Source of the DNA: an uncultured Alphaproteobacteria bacterium
GTDB lineage: Bacteria; Pseudomonadota; Alphaproteobacteria; Rhizobiales; Xanthobacteraceae
Length of the DNA stretch: 64,000 nucleotides
Reading direction: 5' to 3'
Assembly: GCA_963727325.1 (NCBI GenBank)
Contig: CAVSFV010000033.1
Location: forward strand, 148,687-212,686
Shown: in pieces, positions 1 to 10,405 of the stretch
How the letters are laid out: each line of letters starts with the position of its first letter
How positions within the stretch are numbered: the first letter of the stretch is position 1
Made by a program: the position numbers and the translations under genes
The notes under the pieces: generated by a model
Seen by the model: the letters and a program-made list of their open reading frames with translations, nothing else
What the model was told of the DNA's origin: nothing
The model's database searches: none

Positions 1-2757
1 CGCGTTTCGTGTCCGGTTATCTCATTCAATTGCGGCCGGATATCAAACCGCTGGAAGGTGCGGCTGGCGCCGCTCACGACTTCACCGACCTGCACGCCTG
101 GACCGAGGTTTATCTGCCGGGTGCCGGCTGGGTCGGACTCGATCCCACCTCGGGACTGCTCTGCGGCGAAGGCCATCTGCCGGTCGCCGCAACCCCGCAT
201 TTTCGCTCTGCCGCACCGCTCAGCGGGCTCGTTGAACCAAGCGAAGTCCGTTTCTCGTTCGACATGAACGTCACGCGCATCGCCGAACAGCCGCGCGTAA
301 CTGCGCCGTTTTCCGAAGAAGCCTGGGTTGCGCTCGATGCACTGGGTGACAAGGTCGACGCGGACCTCATAGCGCACGATGTCCGCCTGACCATGGGTGG
401 CGAACCAACCTTCGTGTCGGTTGACGATTACCAGGCGGCGGAATGGAACACCGCCGCAGTCGGGCCGATGAAACGCGTGCGCGCCGACGAGCTAATTCGG
501 CGTTTGCGCGAGCGTTTCGCACCAGGCGGCCTGCTGCACTACGGCCAAGGCAAATGGTACCCGGGCGAACCGCTGCCGCGCTGGGCATTCGCGCTCTACT
601 GGCGCCGCGACGGCGTGCCGATCTGGCGCGATGAGAATCTGATCGCCCGCGAGGCGGTAGATCACAAGCCGACCCCCGACGATTCACAGCGCTTCGCCGA
701 GGGGATTGCCGCGCGCGTTGGAATCACGGCGGACTACGTCCAACCCGCCTACGAGGACCCGGCCGACCGGATGCTCAAGCAAGGCCTGATCCCGGAGAAC
801 ATTGATCCGAGCGATCCCAAGATCGACGATCCTCGCGAGCGCGCCCGCATTCTGAGCCTGTTCGATAATTATGCCGGCAAGCCCGCCGGATATGTGCTGC
901 CGCTGCAGCGCTGGACCGCACAAGCAAAACCGGGCTGGCTGAGCGAAGTGTGGCAAACGCGGCGTGGGCGGTTATTTCTGATGCCAGGAGACTCGTCGCT
1001 CGGATTTCGCCTGCCACTGCAATCGTTGCCCGATGTCGACCCGGTGGATTATCCGCATCTTGTACCGGCCGACCCTTTCGCTGAGCGTACGCCGCTACCC
1101 GATCCGCGCGTCACTCATCCAATCGGCGCCAAGGTCTTCCAGGCTGCACATGGCGAAGAACCTTCGCCACCGCTCGCCCCGGAGACTTTGGCCGTACAGC
1201 AAGCGCCGGCAAGAAGCACCGCGAAAACCGGCGCCGCCAGGCCGGTGCGCACCGCTCTCACCGTCGAAGTCCGTGACGGCCGCTTGTGTGTGTTCATACC
1301 GCCGGTCGAGACACTCGCCGACTATCTCGAACTGCTCGCGGTCGTCGAGACGACGGCGGCCGACCTCGCACTGCCGGTGCATGTCGAAGGCTATGAGCCG
1401 CCGCCCGATCCGCGGCTTGCCGTCATCAAGGTGACGCCGGACCCCGGTGTGATCGAGGTCAACATCCACCCGTCGGCAGCCTGGCGGGAAGCGGTGAAGA
1501 TCACGAAAGGCCTTTATGAGGAGGCGCATCTTTCGCGGCTCGGCGCCGACAAGTTCATGATCGACGGCCGGCATAGCGGCACGGGCGGCGGCAATCATGT
1601 GGTACTCGGCGGACGTACTCCCGCCGACAGTCCGTTCCTGCGGCGACCCGATTTGCTCAAAAGCCTGGTGCTGTACTGGAACCGGCGGCCGTCGCTGTCT
1701 TATTTCTTTTCCGGCCTGTTTGTCGGGCCGACGAGCCAGGCGCCGCGGATCGACGAAGCGCGCCAGGACATGCTCTACGAACTGGAAATCGCGCTCGGCA
1801 AAGTGCCCGCGCCTGACGGCGTGAACAAAGTGCCGCCGTGGCTGGTCGATCGGCTGTTCCGCAACATCCTGGTCGATGTCACCGGCAACACCCACCGCAC
1901 CGAGATCTGCATCGACAAACTGTTTTCACCCGACGGCCCGACCGGCCGTCTCGGTTTGGTGGAATTCCGATCGTTCGAGATGCCGCCCGACGCGCGCATG
2001 AGTCTCTGCTCAACAATTGTTGTTACGCGCGCTGATTGCCTGGTTCTGGCGCTCTCCGCTCGACGGCAAGCCGGTGCGCTGGGGCACAGCGTTGCACGAC
2101 CGTTACATGCTCGAACATTTTGTCTGGAACGATTTTCTCGAAGTGCTGGAGGACCTGGAGCGCGCCGGGTACGTATTCGATCCCGCGTGGTTCGAAGCGC
2201 AGCGGCAGTTTCGTTTTCCGGTCTGCGGCTCGGTGCGGCACGCTGGCGTGCGGCTTGAACTGCGCCAGGCCATCGAGCCCTGGTATGTCCTGGGCGAGGA
2301 AGGCGTTGCCGGCCGGACCGCGCGCCTCGTTGATTCCTCGATCGAGCGGCTGCAGGTCAGAGTCGAGGGCCTGAACGCGGACCGCCATGTGGTGACCTGC
2401 AATGGCGCCCGCGTGCCGCTGACATCAACCGGCCGCAGCGGCGAATACGTAGCCGGCGTCCGCTTCAAGGCCTGGGATCTGGCGTCGGGCCTGCATCCGA
2501 CCATTGGCGTCCAGGCGCCGTTGACGTTTGACATCGTCGATACCTGGAGCCGGCGGTCGCTCGGCGGCTGCGTCTACCATGTCGCCCATCCCGGCGGACG
2601 CAATTACGAGACCTATCCGGTTAACTCGTATGAGGCCGAGGCGCGCCGCCGCGCGCGTTTTGAAGAGATCGGTCACACCGGCGGCCCGATCGATGTTCCA
2701 GCACTCGAAATCTCGCTCGAATATCCGACGACGCTAGATCTGCGGCGCCCGGTCTAA
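1..2757 (+). pseudogene. Large transglutaminase-family protein (DUF2126-type). The 5' end lies outside the window. The gene is interrupted by a frameshift near 2001-2010.
   Basis: Frame 3 (ORF 9..2258) reads through the transglutaminase core motif ([23 protein letters not shown]) and a long conserved body up to ...[14 protein letters not shown], then turns into Arg/Ala-rich junk. ORF 2017..2757 in the next frame continues with family-like sequence (AQQ)[11 protein letters not shown]...[16 protein letters not shown]... to a stop at 2757. Confidence 0.8.
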
Positions 2758-2763
2758 CCAAAA

Positions 2764-5271
2764 TTGCCGATGTCACTCAAACTCGACACGCTTGTCGAAA
2801 AAGACACCGCAAGCCTCGCCCAATTCGTTGCGGGTTACCGGCCGCTGCCCGGGATTTTCGATGAGATGATGGATGGCGACGGGCGCGTGCGCGAGCACTG
2901 GCAGCCCTTCCTCACCATGCTGGCCGGACTCGGCGCCGACCAAATCAATCGGCGTTTCGCCGCAGCCGACCGTTATCTGCGCGGCTCAGGCGTTTTCTAT
3001 CGCGTGTACGAAGATGCCGCCGGCATCGAACGCCCGTGGCCGCTCAGCCATGTGCCGCTCATCATCGAACCTGGCGAATGGAAGCACCTCGAAGCCGGCC
3101 TGATCCAGCGCGCCGAGCTCCTCGAAGCGGTGCTCGCTGATGCCTATGGTCCGGCGCTGCTCAGCCGCGATGGCCGCTTGCCCGCCGCGCTGATCGCGGG
3201 AAATCCTGAATTCTTGCGTCCGATGGTCGGCGTGCCGCCGCCAGGCGGCGCGCACTTGCGCTTTTACGCCGTTGATGTCGGCCGCGGCGCCGACGGCCGC
3301 TGGTGGGCGCTGGGCGATCGTGCGCAGGCGCCCTCGGGCGCCGGTTACGCCATCGAGAACCGGCTCGCGCTGTCGCGGGCCATCCCCGACATTTATCGCA
3401 CCACGCGCGTCGAGCGCGTCGCGCCGTTCTTTCAGGCGCTGCAGGCCGAACTTTTGGCGCTCAGCAAGCAGGACGATCCGCAAATTTGTTTGCTCACGCC
3501 GGGGCCGCTGAGCGAAACCTATTTCGAGCATGCCTACCTCGCGCGCTATCTCGGGCTGCTGCTGGTCGAGGGCGAGGACCTGACCGTCCGCGGCGATGGC
3601 GTTTTCGTCCGGACCGTTTCCGGCTTGCGGCGCACCGAAGTCCTGCTGCGGCGAATCGATGCCGACTTTGCCGACCCGCTCGAACTCAATGCCGCTTCTC
3701 GCCTCGGCGTTCCGGGACTGTTGCAGGCCGTCCGCGACGGCAAAATCGTCATCGTCAACGCGCTGGGCGCCGGCTTGGTGGAAGCGCGGGCCATGCTGGC
3801 GTTCCTGCCGGCGCTGGCGCCGAACGTACTCGGCGCCGATCTGGCGATACCGAATGTCGCCACCTGGTGGCTCGGTCGCGCCGACATGCGCGAGGAAATG
3901 ATCGAGAACCTCGATCGCATGGTGATCGCATCAGCGTTTGAGTCTCAGACTGACGGCAGCAGCAACCACGAAGTGCTGGGCGCAAAACTCGACGACGCGC
4001 AACGCCAGGCTCTGATCCGTTCGATCCGCGATCGCGGCGTGGACTATGTGGCGCAGGAAGCGGTGACACTTTCAAGCATGCCGGTGTGGCGCGATGGCCA
4101 TTTGCAGCCGCGTCCTTTCACGCTGCGACTGTTCCTCGCCAAGATCGGCGAGCGCTGGCAGGTGATGCCCGCCGGATTTGTGCGTATCGCCGACAGCGCC
4201 GACGCGCGTGCGGTGAGTTTGCAACGCGGCGCCGCAACCGCCGACGCTTGGGTACTCGCGCGCGGCCCGGTCGCTGAAACCACGCTGCTGCCGTCGCCGG
4301 AGCGCATTCAGGTCCAGCGGGCGACCGGCCTGTTGCCAAGTCGCGCCGCCGATAATCTGTTCTGGGTTGGGCGTTACGTCGAACGCGCCGAAGCAACGCT
4401 GCGGCTGGTGCGCGCCATGATCAACCGCGCCGCCGAGGCCGACGAAACCGCTGCGCCGGTGATCGCGGGCATCGTGTCGTTGCTTGAGGCCTGGGACGCG
4501 GCGCCAAAACAGACGTCGGCAGCGTCGGCCGGCTTCATCAGTCGCGCTGTCCTGACCCGCTCAGACTTAAGCGGATCGCTGCCTGCTCTGGCCGGCGCCG
4601 CGCGGTCGGCAGCTTCCGTCATCCGCGATCGCTTCTCGCCGGATGCCTGGCGGGCACTCAACGATCTCGCCACCATGATCACGACGCCGCTGCCCATCGG
4701 TCCCGCGGAAACCGCCATCATCGAGCGCGTCGAAGCGGCTCTTCGGATCATTTCATCGCTCTCGGGGTTGGCGCAAGAGAACATGACGCAGCTCGCCGGC
4801 TGGCGCTTTCTCGAACTCGGCCGCCGTATCGAGCGCGCCATCCTGACCGGCCGGCTGGTGCGCTGCTTCGCGCTTGCCGGCGCGCCGGATGGTGGCCTTG
4901 AATTGCTGCTGGAACTGGCCGACAGCCAAATCACCTACCGGCAACGCTACGTGATGGTCGCGGCGCGCGCGCCGGTGATCGATCTTGTCATGCTCGATCC
5001 GAACAACCCGCGTTCGGTTGCGTTTCAGCTCGACCGCATCGAGACGCACCTGTCCGCGTTGCCGGGACGAAGCGCGACCGGCCGCCTGTCGCCCGTGCAG
5101 CAGATCGTCGCCTCGATGGCAACGCGATTGAGAACCGCCGAAGCCGCCGCCGTCGACGAGGACCTCATTGTCGATTTCGAGCAATCGCTGATGAAGCTTT
5201 CCGATGCGATCAGCGCGTCCTATCTGAGCAACAACGAACGCTCCGAAACCGTCTGGGAGGCGCTGGCGTGA
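2764..5271 (+). CDS. Circularly permuted type-2 ATP-grasp domain fused to an alpha-E domain (COG2308/COG2307-like). An alternative ATG start is at 2770.
   Basis: 835-aa ORF. The N-terminal half carries RRIDADFADPLELNAASRLGVPGLLQAVRDGKIVIVNALGAGL, typical of circularly permuted ATP-grasp proteins. The C-terminal half carries ADNLFWVGRYVERAEATLRLVR and ...GRRIERA..., typical of the alpha-E domain. Confidence 0.85.
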   Translation: MPMSLKLDTLVEKDTASLAQFVAGYRPLPGIFDEMMDGDGRVREHWQPFLTMLAGLGADQINRRFAAADRYLRGSGVFYRVYEDAAGIERPWPLSHVPLIIEPGEWKHLEAGLIQRAELLEAVLADAYGPALLSRDGRLPAALIAGNPEFLRPMVGVPPPGGAHLRFYAVDVGRGADGRWWALGDRAQAPSGAGYAIENRLALSRAIPDIYRTTRVERVAPFFQALQAELLALSKQDDPQICLLTPGPLSETYFEHAYLARYLGLLLVEGEDLTVRGDGVFVRTVSGLRRTEVLLRRIDADFADPLELNAASRLGVPGLLQAVRDGKIVIVNALGAGLVEARAMLAFLPALAPNVLGADLAIPNVATWWLGRADMREEMIENLDRMVIASAFESQTDGSSNHEVLGAKLDDAQRQALIRSIRDRGVDYVAQEAVTLSSMPVWRDGHLQPRPFTLRLFLAKIGERWQVMPAGFVRIADSADARAVSLQRGAATADAWVLARGPVAETTLLPSPERIQVQRATGLLPSRAADNLFWVGRYVERAEATLRLVRAMINRAAEADETAAPVIAGIVSLLEAWDAAPKQTSAASAGFISRAVLTRSDLSGSLPALAGAARSAASVIRDRFSPDAWRALNDLATMITTPLPIGPAETAIIERVEAALRIISSLSGLAQENMTQLAGWRFLELGRRIERAILTGRLVRCFALAGAPDGGLELLLELADSQITYRQRYVMVAARAPVIDLVMLDPNNPRSVAFQLDRIETHLSALPGRSATGRLSPVQQIVASMATRLRTAEAAAVDEDLIVDFEQSLMKLSDAISASYLSNNERSETVWEALA

Positions 5272-6146
5272 TCTATGACGTGCGCCAGACGACGACATGC
5301 GCTTATGCTTCGCCGGTCGCGCATGCACGCCACGTTCTGCGCCTGACTCCGATCCCCCGCCCCGGCCAACGTGTGCATCTCGCCGCGTTGCAGATCATGC
5401 CCGAACCCGTGCTCCGGCGGGAAGGGCAGGATTTTTTTGGCAATCGCCTGACCTGGATCGAAATCGAAGAGCCGCACCGGCTGCTTACGGTGAAACTTGC
5501 GGCGCGTGTCGCCGTCGACGCTGCAGCCGAACTCGATGCGCCGGCAACACCCGCCTGGGAGGCAGTCCGCGAGGACGGGTTCGCCGCGAGCGACATCGGA
5601 CCATACTCGCCGGCGCACTTCCTGTTTCCGAGCCGCATGGTCTCACTTGATCCGGAAATCCGTGATTATACCTCCGAGAGTTTCCCGGCCGGACGGCCGG
5701 TGCTCGAGGCCGCCATCGAACTAATGAATCGTCTCAAAGCCGACATCACTTACGAAATCGGGGCGACCACCGTCACGACCACACCGCCGATGTCGTTTGC
5801 ACTGCGGCGCGGCGTTTGTCAGGACTTCGCCCACATCATGATCTCCGGCTTGCGCGGCATCGGCTTGCCCGCCGCTTATGTGAGCGGCTATCTGCGGACG
5901 ATGCCGCGAACCGACCCCACGCGATTGCAGGGCGCCGACGCAATGCACGCATGGGTCTTGGTCTGGTGCGGCGCTGAAACCGGCTGGATCGGGCTCGATC
6001 CAACCAACGCTGTCATTGCCTCCGACCAGCATGTGGTTTTGGCGGTCGGCCGCGATTATACCGACGTCGCGCCGATGGACGGGGTCATTGTTGGTTCGGG
6101 TGGGCAACAAATCGATGTGGCCGTGAACGTCACGCCGGCCGGATAA
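5268..6146 (+). CDS. Small transglutaminase family protein (bacterial transglutaminase-like N-terminal region plus core).
   Basis: 292-aa ORF. Its GTG start overlaps the upstream stop (GTGA). Begins MIYDVRQTTTCAYASPV...; contains GVCQDFAHIMISGLRGIGLPAAYVSGY and DAMHAWVLVWCG...GWIGLDPTN (Cys-His-Asp core pattern). Confidence 0.85.
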   Translation: MIYDVRQTTTCAYASPVAHARHVLRLTPIPRPGQRVHLAALQIMPEPVLRREGQDFFGNRLTWIEIEEPHRLLTVKLAARVAVDAAAELDAPATPAWEAVREDGFAASDIGPYSPAHFLFPSRMVSLDPEIRDYTSESFPAGRPVLEAAIELMNRLKADITYEIGATTVTTTPPMSFALRRGVCQDFAHIMISGLRGIGLPAAYVSGYLRTMPRTDPTRLQGADAMHAWVLVWCGAETGWIGLDPTNAVIASDQHVVLAVGRDYTDVAPMDGVIVGSGGQQIDVAVNVTPAG

Positions 6147-6174
6147 ACGAGCCGCGAAGCGGGGAGCACAAAGC

Positions 6175-7191
6175 ATGCGTGCCTATCAACTGCCGAAAGG
6201 CGGCGCCGGGATCGACGCGCTCACGTTGGTCGATCGGCCGATGCCGAAACCGCTATACCGGCAAGTGTTGGTCAAAGTCGCCGCGTGTTCGCTCAATTTC
6301 CGCGACTACGGCATCGTCCGCGGCAGCTACCGCATGCCTGTGCGCGAAAATGTGATTCCGCTATCCGATGGCGCCGGCGAAGTCGTCGAGACCGGCCCGG
6401 GCGTCACCCGCGTAAAACCCGGCGACAAGGTGGCCGGCTGCTTCTTCCAGCGCTGGCCGGCCGGCGAGCCGGATCCGCATGTGCACGCATCTGCGCTCGG
6501 CGGCAGCCTTGACGGCATGCTCACCGAATATGTGGTGCTGGAGGAGAACGGTGTCGTCAAAATTCCGCAGCATCTATCCGTGGAAGAGGCTGCGACCCTG
6601 CCGTGCGCGGCGGTGACGGCATGGCATGCGATGATCCTGCACGCCGGACTGATCGCCGGCCAGACCGTGTTGTTGCAGGGCACCGGCGGCGTTTCGATCT
6701 TCGGGTTGCAATTCGCGCACGTGATGGGAATCGTGCCGATCATCACGTCGTCGAGCGATCAGAAACTCGCTCACGCCAAAGCGCTCGGCGCCGCTTGCGG
6801 CATCAACTATAAGACCACGCCGGAATGGGACAAAGAGGCCATCGCTTTTAACGGCGGCCGCGGGGTCGATCACGTGCTGGAAGTCGGCGGCGCAAATACG
6901 CTTACCCGCTCGTTCGGCGCCATCCGGGTCGGCGGCAAAATCAGCATCATCGGCGGGTTGAGCGGTGGAGCGACCGAGCTCAATCCCGGTTTGATCTTCT
7001 CCAAACGCGCCAATGTGCAGGGCATCTCCGTGGGCTCAACGGAGTCGTTCGAGCAGATGAACGCCGCAATCTCGGCCACGAAGCTGAAGCCGGTGATCGA
7101 CCGCGTATTCGGCTTCGATGAAGTCAAAACCGCCTTCCATCATATGGGGGCGGGAGCGCATTTCGGCAAAATCGTCATCCGGGTCGCGTAA
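6175..7191 (+). CDS. NAD(P)-dependent alcohol dehydrogenase / quinone oxidoreductase (MDR superfamily).
   Basis: 338-aa ORF with a GGGGAG Shine-Dalgarno 8 nt upstream. MDR-like pattern: VLVKVAACSLNFRD, GQTVLLQGTGGVS Rossmann motif, C-terminal HFGKIVI. Confidence 0.85.
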   Translation: MRAYQLPKGGAGIDALTLVDRPMPKPLYRQVLVKVAACSLNFRDYGIVRGSYRMPVRENVIPLSDGAGEVVETGPGVTRVKPGDKVAGCFFQRWPAGEPDPHVHASALGGSLDGMLTEYVVLEENGVVKIPQHLSVEEAATLPCAAVTAWHAMILHAGLIAGQTVLLQGTGGVSIFGLQFAHVMGIVPIITSSSDQKLAHAKALGAACGINYKTTPEWDKEAIAFNGGRGVDHVLEVGGANTLTRSFGAIRVGGKISIIGGLSGGATELNPGLIFSKRANVQGISVGSTESFEQMNAAISATKLKPVIDRVFGFDEVKTAFHHMGAGAHFGKIVIRVA

Positions 7192-7210
7192 CAGGCGGTG
7201 CCGCCAATCG

Positions 7211-8632
7211 TTATTGCGCGACCATCCGCGTCGGCGGAAATGCGACCTCAATGAGCGTGCCGGCATTTGGCGCGCTCTTGATGCTGAAATGGGCGCGGTT
7301 GGCCTCTGCCAGCGCCTTGGTCAGCGGCAAGCCGAGACCGGTCCCGCCCGAGCCCCAGGTACCGGCGGTGGCCGTCTGGCGAAACGGTTCGAGCGCGGCC
7401 TCGACGTCCTTTTCGCTCATGCCGACGCCGGTATCGCGCACGCGCAGCACCGCCTCGCCGTTGTCGGCGCATGCGGTCGATACGATCACCTGGCCACCTG
7501 GGCCGGTGAACTTGATCGAATTCGACAGGAGGTTGAGCACGATTTGGCGCAGTGACCGCTCATCAGCCACGACCTGGGGCAATCCCGGCGTGAGCGAAGT
7601 GCGGATGATGATCCGCGCGCGGCTCGCCTGCGGCTGCATGATCCCGACGCATTGCTGCGTGAGCTCGTTGAGGCTGACGTTGCCGAAGCTGAGAGTGAGC
7701 TGGCCACTCTCGATTTTGGAGAGGTCGAGAAGGTCGTTCAACAGCGCAACGATGTGCATGCCGGCCGCGTGCACATCGTTGAGATAGTCGCGGTAGCGCT
7801 CGTTGCCGATCGGGCCGAAGCGCTCCGCCATAATCACTTCAGTGAAGCCGACAATGGCATTAAGCGGCGTGCGAATCTCGTGACTGACTTTACCGACGAA
7901 CTCCGCTTTCGCCGCCGCCGCTCTTTGCGCTTCACGCGTGGCGGCCCGCAACTGGTCCTCGCTTTTCTTGGCGGCTTCGAGCTTGCTGGCAAGGTCGCGG
8001 ATTTCGGCCTCGGCGAGGCGCAGTGAAAGCGCGCTCGCCTGCTGGTCGGCGATTTCGCGGTCGGTCAGAATGAGAGTGAGCGCTGAAGCATCTTCCCAGG
8101 GAACCTCGAACAACCGCGCCTCGATCTCGCGGCGTTCCCCGTTGAATGTCGCAAGCGATAGCTTGCTCGGGGCTCCGCCAACCGAAAGCGTGCCGGCGTC
8201 GGTTTCGGCGACAAGGCCTTTCAACCACCCGGCCGCCGTTAATGCTCCCAAACTCTGATAGCCGGTCAATTCAAGGAAACGACGATTGGCGTAAAGAACC
8301 GAGTCGTTTCGGTAGAACAGCACGCCGAGCGGAAGGCGGTCGAGCAACACCGGCTCGAAGGCGGGCGCGGCTTGCCGTTGAACTTCGATCTCTGACCTTC
8401 GCTCCTGGTCAGAAGCTTGCACTTTGGCAGCATCCACCTCGGCGACAACAGGACTTTCCGCCGCTTGTTGCACCGTTGCACTCACAAGCGCCGAGCTGAC
8501 TTCGGCAGCTGCAGGAGCAGCATCAGCAAGTTCAGGTGCAATCGGTTCCGCATTTGGCGGTGTCAGCGAGGTCTCGGCAGATTCAGCCGGAACTCCCGCC
8601 GCCGGCAGAGTGTTCGCCGATGCTGTCGGCAA
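7211..8632 (-). CDS. Sensor histidine kinase portion (PAS + HisKA + HATPase_c), PleC/DivJ/PdhS-like. Probably the C-terminal part of one larger gene together with 8583..10187.
   Basis: H-box FVGKVSHEIRTPLNAIVGFTEVI, ERFGPIGNERYRDYLNDVH, N/G boxes (LLSNSIKFT, RDTGVGM, GGTGLGLPLTKAL). The start is a weak TTG, and the frame stays open upstream of it. Confidence 0.8.
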   Translation of the reverse strand: MPTASANTLPAAGVPAESAETSLTPPNAEPIAPELADAAPAAAEVSSALVSATVQQAAESPVVAEVDAAKVQASDQERRSEIEVQRQAAPAFEPVLLDRLPLGVLFYRNDSVLYANRRFLELTGYQSLGALTAAGWLKGLVAETDAGTLSVGGAPSKLSLATFNGERREIEARLFEVPWEDASALTLILTDREIADQQASALSLRLAEAEIRDLASKLEAAKKSEDQLRAATREAQRAAAAKAEFVGKVSHEIRTPLNAIVGFTEVIMAERFGPIGNERYRDYLNDVHAAGMHIVALLNDLLDLSKIESGQLTLSFGNVSLNELTQQCVGIMQPQASRARIIIRTSLTPGLPQVVADERSLRQIVLNLLSNSIKFTGPGGQVIVSTACADNGEAVLRVRDTGVGMSEKDVEAALEPFRQTATAGTWGSGGTGLGLPLTKALAEANRAHFSIKSAPNAGTLIEVAFPPTRMVAQ

Positions 8633-10187
8633 CCGAATGGTCCCGCCCGCCCTGCAAACGAGCCGTCAGCTCCTGAGCCAATTCACGGAAAGCCCGACGC
8701 TCCACGGGGCTCAGACTGGGCGTTTTCGGTTCGGACATCCCTGGTCGAAACAGCACAACATTGGCGGCGGGTGCGGCGCCCAGCGGCGGGCGCTGCGGCG
8801 GTCGCACACCCTGCGCTTCTTCTGCGGATGGCGATGGGGACACCGCGGCTTTGGTGTCAGCGGCCGTCGCCTCTACCGGACCTGGATGAGCCAGAGCGCC
8901 ACCGTTGCTGGTAGCGGGCGGTTCGGGCCGCGCCATGAAGCCGATCGGGCGCTCGCGGCGCGCGTGGGCGAGTTCGTTGATGCGAGCGATGTCGCGACAG
9001 ACGCCGAAACCCCGGTAGCCGCGAAAGTGCCGCTCGCGATCGAACACCGGCAGTCCCGACAGTTCGACCGCAAGTCGCGTGTCGCCATCGTCAACTGGCC
9101 AGGAGACGGTGATGCCGCTCCAGGTTTCGCGCGTGGCCACGGCACGCGCCACCTGCTGGTCCGGATCGAGCTTCAGTTCCGCGGCGATCTCGCTCCACAA
9201 CCGGCCGAACGCGGCCGTGGTTTGCGGCCCAGTCAATTCGATGAACTCGTCCGAACCCACGACGAAGCGCCCATCGGCGTCCATTTGCCAGACGAAGCGC
9301 AACGGATGACGCCGCTCTACAACTGGCTCCGCCGGCGAAGGACTGCTTACCGGGCTCGATTCTGATTCTAATTCCGACTCTGATGGCGTGGCGGCAGAAG
9401 CTTTTGGCTCAGCCGCCGGCGGAAGTACTGGCGGCTGGGTACGCATCAGTCCCAACTCCGGCTCTGGCGTCGGTGCCGGCTCTACTCGCGGTGAAGCACT
9501 CTCCACGGCGCTAACGCTGCTCAATTCATCGCCGAACGTCGCCAGCAGGACAGCCGACGCGCCGCTACCGAGGCGCCGCAGGGTAACGGGGCCATGATTT
9601 GTTGTTGCGTCAGCGCCGCCAGCCGCAAGGGCTTGAGCGGCGGTCGCGGTCAGCCCAAACGCGGACAACGTTGGGGTTCCGGCAAATCGCTTCTGCGCCT
9701 CCGCAGTGGCGGCGAGCAGCGTGCCATCCGGTGCGAACGCCGCCTGCGCCTCGGATTGGTCTGAGAACAGACGCTTGACCCTCTCGCCAAGCGGCAGCGC
9801 TGGTCCCGCGGGCTCGTTGGCGACGACCAGTACCGCCGGCGAGCCGTTGGGCAACGAGAAACGCGAGCAGACGCACGTAAGCGTGTGACCAAAGCTGGCG
9901 CCGAAGCCCCGCAGTCTTTCAAGTCGTGCTTGCCCGGTCGATGGCAGCGTTTCAGCGAGGCGGACAATTGCCACGGCCGCGGGTTGTTTTGCCTCGAAGC
10001 GCCGACCGGTGAGTGCGGTGGTATTCGCAGCGCCGAAGATCGCCGCGCCGACCGCATTGGCCCAGAGAATCCGGGAGCCGTCGGCACTCCACAGCCACGC
10101 AGGCGATGGGCTCGTCGCGTGATCGACGAACTGAGCCCAGAGTCGCGGGTCGCGCGACAGGGCAAATTCTGACTCCGCGATCGGCAT
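8583..10187 (-). CDS. PAS-domain sensory protein without an output domain. Likely the N-terminal part of the downstream kinase.
   Basis: 534-aa ORF with an ATG start at 10187. PAS-like segments (WLWSADGSRILWANAVGAAIFG; RFVWQMDADGRFVVGSDEFIELTG) and Ala/Pro-rich linkers. Overlaps the kinase ORF by 50 nt in another frame. Confidence 0.6.
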   Translation of the reverse strand: MPIAESEFALSRDPRLWAQFVDHATSPSPAWLWSADGSRILWANAVGAAIFGAANTTALTGRRFEAKQPAAVAIVRLAETLPSTGQARLERLRGFGASFGHTLTCVCSRFSLPNGSPAVLVVANEPAGPALPLGERVKRLFSDQSEAQAAFAPDGTLLAATAEAQKRFAGTPTLSAFGLTATAAQALAAGGADATTNHGPVTLRRLGSGASAVLLATFGDELSSVSAVESASPRVEPAPTPEPELGLMRTQPPVLPPAAEPKASAATPSESELESESSPVSSPSPAEPVVERRHPLRFVWQMDADGRFVVGSDEFIELTGPQTTAAFGRLWSEIAAELKLDPDQQVARAVATRETWSGITVSWPVDDGDTRLAVELSGLPVFDRERHFRGYRGFGVCRDIARINELAHARRERPIGFMARPEPPATSNGGALAHPGPVEATAADTKAAVSPSPSAEEAQGVRPPQRPPLGAAPAANVVLFRPGMSEPKTPSLSPVERRAFRELAQELTARLQGGRDHSVADSIGEHSAGGGSSG

Positions 10188-10405
10188 GCGACAGACTCAT
10201 CGCCGTAAAGAGATTGTTAATAATGCGGGCCGCCCGCGTCGTCCATCGCGGGCCCTCGACTCCCATTGAACAAGGTAGGATAACCTTAATCACGCCATGG
10301 ACTTCCGTGGACTTGGCCCCGGGCGAGAAGACCGGGTGCAGACCAAAGGTTAATTGGCTTAGGATGACGGTTTAGGACGACGATTGTCGGGCGAGGAGTT
10401 TGAGG

